DNA of 56,450 bases, taken from the NCBI RefSeq assembly GCF_001194135.2, contig NC_068989.1:74549386-74605835 (forward strand), written 5' to 3'. Positions 50,014 through 56,450 of the stretch are shown here, in pieces (positions within the stretch are counted from its first letter, which is position 1; each line of letters opens with the position of its first letter). The translations under genes were made by a program, and so were the position numbers. The notes beneath the pieces were generated by a model. It saw only the letters and a program-made list of their open reading frames with translations, had not been told where the DNA came from and did not search any database. The DNA is from Octopus bimaculoides (Eukaryota).

Positions 50014-50397
50014 GGAGACGCAATGGCCCAGTGGTTAGGGCAGCGGACTCGCGGTCATAGGATCGCGGTTTCGATTCCCAGACCGGGCATTGTGAGTGTT
50101 TATTGAGTGTTTATTGAGCGAAAACACCTAAAGCTGCACGAGGCTCCGGCAGGGGATGGTGGCGAACCTTGCTGTACTCTTTCACCACAACTTTCTCTCA
50201 CTCTTTCTTCTTGTTTCTGTTGTGCCTGTAATTCAAAGGGTTAGCCTTGTCACTCTGTGTCACGCTGAATATCCCCGAGAACTACGTTAAGGGTACATGT
50301 GTCTGTGGAGTGCTCAGCCACTTGCACGAGCAGGCTGTTCCATTGATCGGATCAACTGGAACCCTCGACGTCGTAAGCGACGGAATGCCAACAACAA
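50014..50397 (+). mobile_element. tRNA-derived SINE family B, full length
   Basis: Head GGAGACGCAATGGCCCAGTGGTTAGGGCAGCGGACTCGCGG with A/B boxes; tail CGTCGTAAGCGACGGAATGCCA(ACA)n. Highly similar to the copies at 47105 and 17665. Resembles the octopus OR-type SINEs (by recall). Confidence 0.9.
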
Positions 50398-51566
50398 TAT
50401 ACACACATATTCTGATTTTATCTATGTGCACACACCTTTGTATTTATCTACGTTTGTATGTATTTAAATATGTTTATTATGCACACACATGCACAACACA
50501 AACACACATATTCACATTGTTAGGTAATAATTCGGAGAAGTAGTACTCAAAACAATAAAGTGGGCAATAGTTCTTTGAAGACGATCCATATATGTTTGTG
50601 TATGTATCATTAGTACCGATGCCAATACAGAAATTAAAAGTAAATTTCTGAAGGACAGTGTGTTGCTATCAAGATAGAAATATAATATTGCATTGCGTCC
50701 ATTTTTAAAACATCGTCATGGAAATAATGCAAAATATTTTTCTATACATGAAGTTATAATTTCTGATCTGTAATTGAGACTGTATTATGGCGACAAGGTT
50801 GAAAAAACATGAGGAAGTATGTATTCAACTTTCTTGAAATTTTCTTCTTCTTGACAGAAGCTAACCTCTATTGACAAGCTTTTTGTTTTCAGTCACCCTC
50901 TCAGAAAGATGCTTCAGAAATTCAAGAATTTATCGTTCACATCAATCTGTGCAACACTCTTTAATTGAATTACGCAAATCCATGCCAATATACCCGCTGA
51001 ATCATTTATTTTCTCTCTTTTATTGATTACGAGTGGATATGCTTAGTATGCTTGTTTCCATTTTTGTTGTTGCTGGAAATATATTTATAGAATAGAATAT
51101 GATATTTTAAAAAGAAACATACCGAGTTCGCTGACTGATGCTCGAGGCATATAAACAATGTCGAACACTCACACATGAAGTGTGTGTGCTGTTAATTTGT
51201 CGGGCGACTGCCCTTGGAGCAAAAACACCTGAAAGCAGGTCATAAACATGTGAAACAACACACATCAGATCTCTTTTTGTCGGAGCGACACACATCGTTG
51301 TTTCGTCATTATTGTGACATGTCAATGCCGCGTACCGGGCAAGGGGTCTGCTGTGAGCTAACCGGCTATGATCATGGTAAATGGTTTAAGAACCATCTAC
51401 TAGCATATCCCAGCATGTTATGCCACGGAAAAAATGCAGATATGAATTAGAGGCAGCTCGATGTATATAAACAAAGTCAAGCACACATACAAGAGGTGTG
51501 TGTTTTGTTAGTTTGTCAGGCGGCTACGTTTTTAAGCGTAGGAGTATATAATCTCAATAAACCATT

Positions 51567-51608
<42 letters not shown>

Positions 51609-51625
51609 ATGTGTGTATGTGTGTA

Positions 51626-51738
51626 AGCGCAAGAGTGGCTGTGTGGTAAGTAGCTTCCGTACAAACCACATGGCTCCGGGTTCAGTCTCACCGCGTGACA
51701 CATTGGGCGAATGTTTTCTACTATAGCCTCGAGTCGAC
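51626..51738 (+). mobile_element. SINE family C 5' part
   Basis: GCGCAAGAGTGGCTGTGTGGTAAGTAGCTT...GGGTTCAGTC.CACCGCGTG. Confidence 0.85.
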
Positions 51739-51823
51739 GCTATGTATATTATTAGAAGGATGAGATATAGTGGGATAAGTTTGATTTTTTTTAAGTGTGT
51801 AGGTTTCATGTTCTTATTTCTAT

Positions 51824-51934
51824 ACATTATTTACATTTGACGGCTGATATACCCTCCAGCCTTCGTCAGGTGTCTTGGGGAAATTTCGAACCTGGGTTCA
51901 CATTTCTAACGATGTTACTATTATTATTAGTATA

Positions 51935-51965
<31 letters not shown>

Positions 51966-52411
51966 TATTAATCGCTGCCGTGAATCGAACTCGGAACCTT
52001 GGGGTTAGTAGCCCGCGCTCTTAACCACTGCGCCATGTGCCCGTGGGCAATTATGGGGTGAATTTTAAGGTTTATAAATCTTTTATTTTTTTATTTTTTT
52101 ATCCTTCCTCAATACCGGTTCCCATATGCTATTCATATCTGCACTCGGTCTGCTTAGGAGGTTGTTGTGTCCTAGCATATGTGCTGCTTCTTTTAGTTTT
52201 CGTATTTTCCAGTGTTGTTCCCTGTCTATTATTTTAACTTCATCCCACAGGGGGAGGTGGTTTCCATTTTTCCATACATGATCAGCTATACCCGATTTAT
52301 CAATATCTCCTCGTGTCACAGCTTTGCGATGTTCTTCTACCCTTATTTTGAGGGGGCGACATGTTTCGCCTTTGTATAATCTACCACAGCTGCATGGGAT
52401 GGAGTACACGC
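51824..52411 (-). mobile_element. Penelope-like element, Penelope/Poseidon type: GIY-YIG endonuclease end plus 3' region; runs into a gap
   Basis: ORF 52083-52409 reads YSIPCSCGRLYKGETCRPLKIRVEEHRKAV...IADHVW...W.EVKIID.E.HW..RKLKEA. It is followed by a tRNA-like segment (51972-52040), an (AAT)n tract and a partly deleted hammerhead core. Confidence 0.9.
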
Positions 52412-53159
52412 NNNNNNNNNNNNNNNNNNNNNNNNNNNNNNNNNNNNNNNNNNNNNNNNNNNNNNNNNNNNNNNNNNNNNNNNNNNNNNNNNNNNNNNNN
52501 NNNNNNNNNNNNNNNNNNNNNNNNNNNNNNNNNNNNNNNNNNNNNNNNNNNNNNNNNNNNNNNNNNNNNNNNNNNNNNNNNNNNNNNNNNNNNNNNNNNN
52601 NNNNNNNNNNNNNNNNNNNNNNNNNNNNNNNNNNNNNNNNNNNNNNNNNNNNNNNNNNNNNNNNNNNNNNNNNNNNNNNNNNNNNNNNNNNNNNNNNNNN
52701 NNNNNNNNNNNNNNNNNNNNNNNNNNNNNNNNNNNNNNNNNNNNNNNNNNNNNNNNNNNNNNNNNNNNNNNNNNNNNNNNNNNNNNNNNNNNNNNNNNNN
52801 NNNNNNNNNNNNNNNNNNNNNNNNNNNNNNNNNNNNNNNNNNNNNNNNNNNNNNNNNNNNNNNNNNNNNNNNNNNNNNNNNNNNNNNNNNNNNNNNNNNN
52901 NNNNNNNNNNNNNNNNNNNNNNNNNNNNNNNNNNNNNNNNNNNNNNNNNNNNNNNNNNNNNNNNNNNNNNNNNNNNNNNNNNNNNNNNNNNNNNNNNNNN
53001 NNNNNNNNNNNNNNNNNNNNNNNNNNNNNNNNNNNNNNNNNNNNNNNNNNNNNNNNNNNNNNNNNNNNNNNNNNNNNNNNNNNNNNNNNNNNNNNNNNNN
53101 NNNNNNNNNNNNNNNNNNNNNNNNNNNCTTCAATTACTGCCTCCAGTTTGCTTGGCAGA

Positions 53160-53989
53160 CAGTCAGATCGTCATTTAAAAATGTTTTCGTTAAAAATTAT
53201 TATTGTTTGTTGAATAAAATTTTTTGAAAAAAAGCCGCAATAATTATACACCAACCCAATAATTGTTTTCGGTATTTATTGTCCGGGGTTTGAATACATT
53301 ATTAACAGTGTATTTGGTGATCTGTGACTTGGTAAAATTTGTGTTATTAGTTGTTTTAGTGAGGTTGTGATTGTGGTGCTCATATTTATAGTGTTTATTA
53401 TTATGTTTATTTTTATGTTTAGGGTTTGAGTCTATTGCTAATGCATTGCTGATGATTATTATCGAGAGAATTTAATTGCGTGTTGGGGTTTTCTAATTCA
53501 CGAGTTGATTTAGGTTCAATAATATGGTCGGTATTGTTCTTATCTAGATAGATATTGGAATAATTAGAATATCTGCTATTGTTTTACTTGTACGTAACTC
53601 CTGCCTTCTTAAGTGCTAAATTATAGTAGTCTTTATGCTTGTTAAAATTGTTTTCATTGGATGATAATAAGGTAATTCTACTTTCTATATTATAGGTTAG
53701 ATCTATTCATAATATTATAAGAATGGTTACTTTGTGCATGGATGTATGTGATATGGTTGTTAAGTTTATGGTAAGTTTCATAAGAAGAGGTATTAAGGTT
53801 AAAGTTAACGTCTAGGAAGTTCACTGTGTTGTTATATTTTCCAATGGTGATGGCTAGTCCTTGGTTTTTGAAGAAATTGTGTAATCTATTTTTGTATAGC
53901 TCAAGTTTCTTATTGGGGGTATTTCTAACTAAGAATAGTGCGTCATCGCGGAAAAGACCAACTTCTAATTCAGGGACGTCATCTTTGAG

Positions 53990-53993
<4 letters not shown>
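53160..53993 (-). mobile_element. Penelope-like element RT core/thumb fragment (YRDD type), frameshifted, with N-rich downstream linker
   Basis: Minus translation gives EVGLFRDDALFLVRN...FFKNQGLAITI/TVNFLDVNFNLNTSSYETYHK.N..ITYIH.QSNH...IESRITLLSSNE..F...K.YYN.ALKKAG. FRDD lies at 53942-53953. Confidence 0.85.
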
Positions 53994-54026
<33 letters not shown>

Positions 54027-54059
54027 GGTGGGGTCTACTTTTAGCATATGTATGGTCTG

Positions 54060-54880
54060 ACCACTACGAAAGCATTGTTCTCAAGAAAATTCGGCAAACG
54101 CCAGAACGTAAGGGAGCATGACAAATGAAAAGATACAAAATATAATGATTCGTCACATACCAGGTTTCATTGTTACCATTTACATACGTAAATGTCCGCA
54201 ATTCATCAGTCCGACCGTCAAAGAAAATATAATTCGCAGAACTGTACATGAGACGTCCACACGAAAGAGAACATGCATACAGTTCTGTCAATTATATTTG
54301 CGGATATATTTCAAATGTCTTCGTTTTTGGCGCAATTTTTCGTGTGTGTATTATATGGTGTGGTTTCCGTTATTATAGACCAATCTAGACTGAATTCGAT
54401 TGTGCATTTTTAATTTATTGATGTGGGTAGCTAGTGTGGTTGAATTTTTAGTTTCGTGGTTAGTAAATGAGTTTGTATGCGCCCTATATCTAATTTTAAA
54501 ATCAGTCGTACTACATATGTAAATCTTTTTAGATTCATTAAAGGTTGAGACTTCAACTTTATATACGACATTTCTCTTTAAACAGGAACCTATTAGGGGA
54601 CAAAGCTCCCTATTACGACAATTACATGTTAAATTTGTTTTATTTCAGAGTTTAGTCTTTCTATTATTAATATCAGGGTTCTTATTGTGCTTCATATTAA
54701 GGTCAGCTAAGTTATCATCTCTATTATTGTCATTACATCTAAGTTTAAATCTATTCTTGGCTGCGATAATAGATCCTAGATTGGGTGTGGTTGAGTAAGA
54801 TAATTTAAGGCAGGATCTATTAATTATAGATTGATATTTATGAATAATTTTTAATAACTTTATTGTCAACCATCCTCACT
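54060..54880 (-). mobile_element. Penelope-like element linker, GIY-YIG endonuclease and structured 3' region (same type as the YRDD RT)
   Basis: IINRSCLKLSYSTTPNLGSII, then CNCRNRELCPLIGSCLKRNVVYKVEVSTFNESKKIYICSTTDFKIRYRAHTNSF...NSTTLATHINKLK/LDWSII..T.PYN. Stops and frameshifts are present. Confidence 0.85.
54152..54215 (-). ncRNA. Type I hammerhead ribozyme motif with extended stem II (predicted)
   Basis: GTCGGA-CTGATGA-ATTG(CGGA-CATTTAC-GTAT-GTAAATG-GTAA)CAAT-GAAAC-CTG-GTA-TGTGAC. The core is complete with a GUA triplet; stem I has one G-G mismatch. Confidence 0.7.
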
Positions 54881-56397
54881 GATTCCAATACGGACATTCA
54901 GACTTCGCAATTACATATATGTATTTATATTCGTGTGCTTATATATTTATGAATTTTTAGGTGATTGTAAATTTTTATATATTTATAAATCTTCGTATGT
55001 TTATGCGTTTATAAATTCTTATAAATTTTTATCATATCTATACTATAAATTGCAGTGTTCTTGATTGCTTGATTGATTGATTGAGTGTCGGCAGATTCAC
55101 TCGAAACGGTGCAGTGGAATCGCGTGAAATTCAGCACAGAGCGGCAGCATGGTCCGCTCATGTTCAGGAGATTTTATTGCCCTCCAACTCCCATGGTTAT
55201 CGAGATAATCGATTATAACTTTTTAAGATAGGAATATCCCATTCAAAGTGGGGAGGGGCGATTTTGTTGCCTTTCCCATGCGCGAAATTTTACGAAAAAC
55301 CAGCACAATAAAGATTATTTTTTTCCAAGTAATGTGGCTGGGTTTGTTTTTCGAAAATTTTAATCAGAGGCACAGAAAAAAACTCATTTCAATTTTTTCT
55401 GCATTAAAAAAAAAAAGCTATAGCTTACGCTCTTTCTAATTACTATGTTTTTTTTAACTTCAGTTACAAATGTCTTCAAACGTCGACATTCAAACAGCTT
55501 TTCCATATTGAGACAAACGGACTCTGCACAATTGTATCCATCCCGGAACACGTTTTCAATAATTGAAATTCACAATTCTAATCAGTGTACATGAACGTCC
55601 AACCTATGATTGATCTTGAACAGTTTCGATTAACATTCTTGTGTCGCCAATACAACAACCGCACTACCATATATTTTTCTTTTAAGGCGAGGTTATACCA
55701 CAAATAAGGTTCCGTGACTACATGGGGCTATGGGTACACACGTGAAGTTAGTTTTACAATATCGACCCGCAAAGTCCTTAGCATCGTATTGTTTTGGGGT
55801 TGTTCTTACTTTTTTTGTTTTTTGAATTTTTTATTTTTTTATTTTTAGTTCTTTTTATTATTCAAAATATACATAGGAAATAGCCTTTAACCAAATCCAC
55901 CACATTGCCTGAGTGAAACCGGGAAAAACAGCTAGTCTCATATATGTGACGCATCTATGCATGTTGTATACTGTGGAGAATTTCGATAATTTGAAATAGA
56001 TTCAAGAAATATATACACCGACCTTTCAAATTTGTTTCTCTCCTTAATTTTATATTCCTGAAGCTCCATTAAGGCGCTAATTGGTTGAGCTGTATAAAGT
56101 GGATAACTATACCATTTATTTCTTCATTGTGTGTGTATGTATATATATATATATATATGCGCATGTGTGTATGTTTATGTATTTGTTCATGTGTGTGTGT
56201 GTGTGCGTCTGTGTGTGTGCGAGTGTGTGTTTGTGTGTGTTGGTTGTGTTAGTGGGGATGTTATGTGCGTGTACATAATTATAATTATGCTTATAATTAT
56301 AAAATTTTTATATAAGTTTACTGATAATGGTTCTTTTAACATACCGAACTACTTGGTGAAATTATTTGTTGTTAACTATTAATTTCACCCTATATCA

Positions 56398-56450
<53 letters not shown>

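Noticed and set aside
54225-54299. SECIS element in the PLE 3' region (TGA/GA pair at the hairpin base)
   Set aside because: The GA quartet is out of register with the helix by one base, and the apical loop has no AA on the coding strand.
53590-54620. PLE with genuinely permuted domains (N-terminal endonuclease)
   Set aside because: The EN is preceded by the normal RT-EN linker and followed by a 3' end, so the order reflects rearranged fragments.

Overview
AT-rich animal genomic DNA with long (TA)n, (TG)n and (AAT)n microsatellites and 8 assembly gaps. The SINE repertoire looks like Octopus (inferred by recognition, not by a search). One protein-coding gene can be built by hand: a GEN1-family (XPG/Rad2) Holliday-junction resolvase on the minus strand. 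It has nine GT-AG coding exons from 46375 down to 25555 that join in frame to 412 codons, with all seven catalytic acidic positions present. I could not find the exon(s) that would complete the chromodomain and C-terminus. The rest is transposon-derived: three tRNA-headed SINE families, four Tc1/mariner relics, non-LTR retrotransposon fragments, an ORF1-only L1/Tx1-like element and several Penelope-like elements (PLEs). The most interesting signal is RNA structure. A tRNA-like Pol III head is joined to a minimal hammerhead ribozyme, both as a stand-alone short element (40815-41056) and as the 3' end of a GIY-YIG-encoding PLE (51824-52411). A second, structurally different hammerhead (54152-54215) lies behind another PLE. 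Three 100-180 bp inverted repeats lie near the 5' GEN1 exons, two of them folded around a tRNA-like head. No rRNA, true tRNA gene or CRISPR array is supported. All coordinates and alignments were done by eye.
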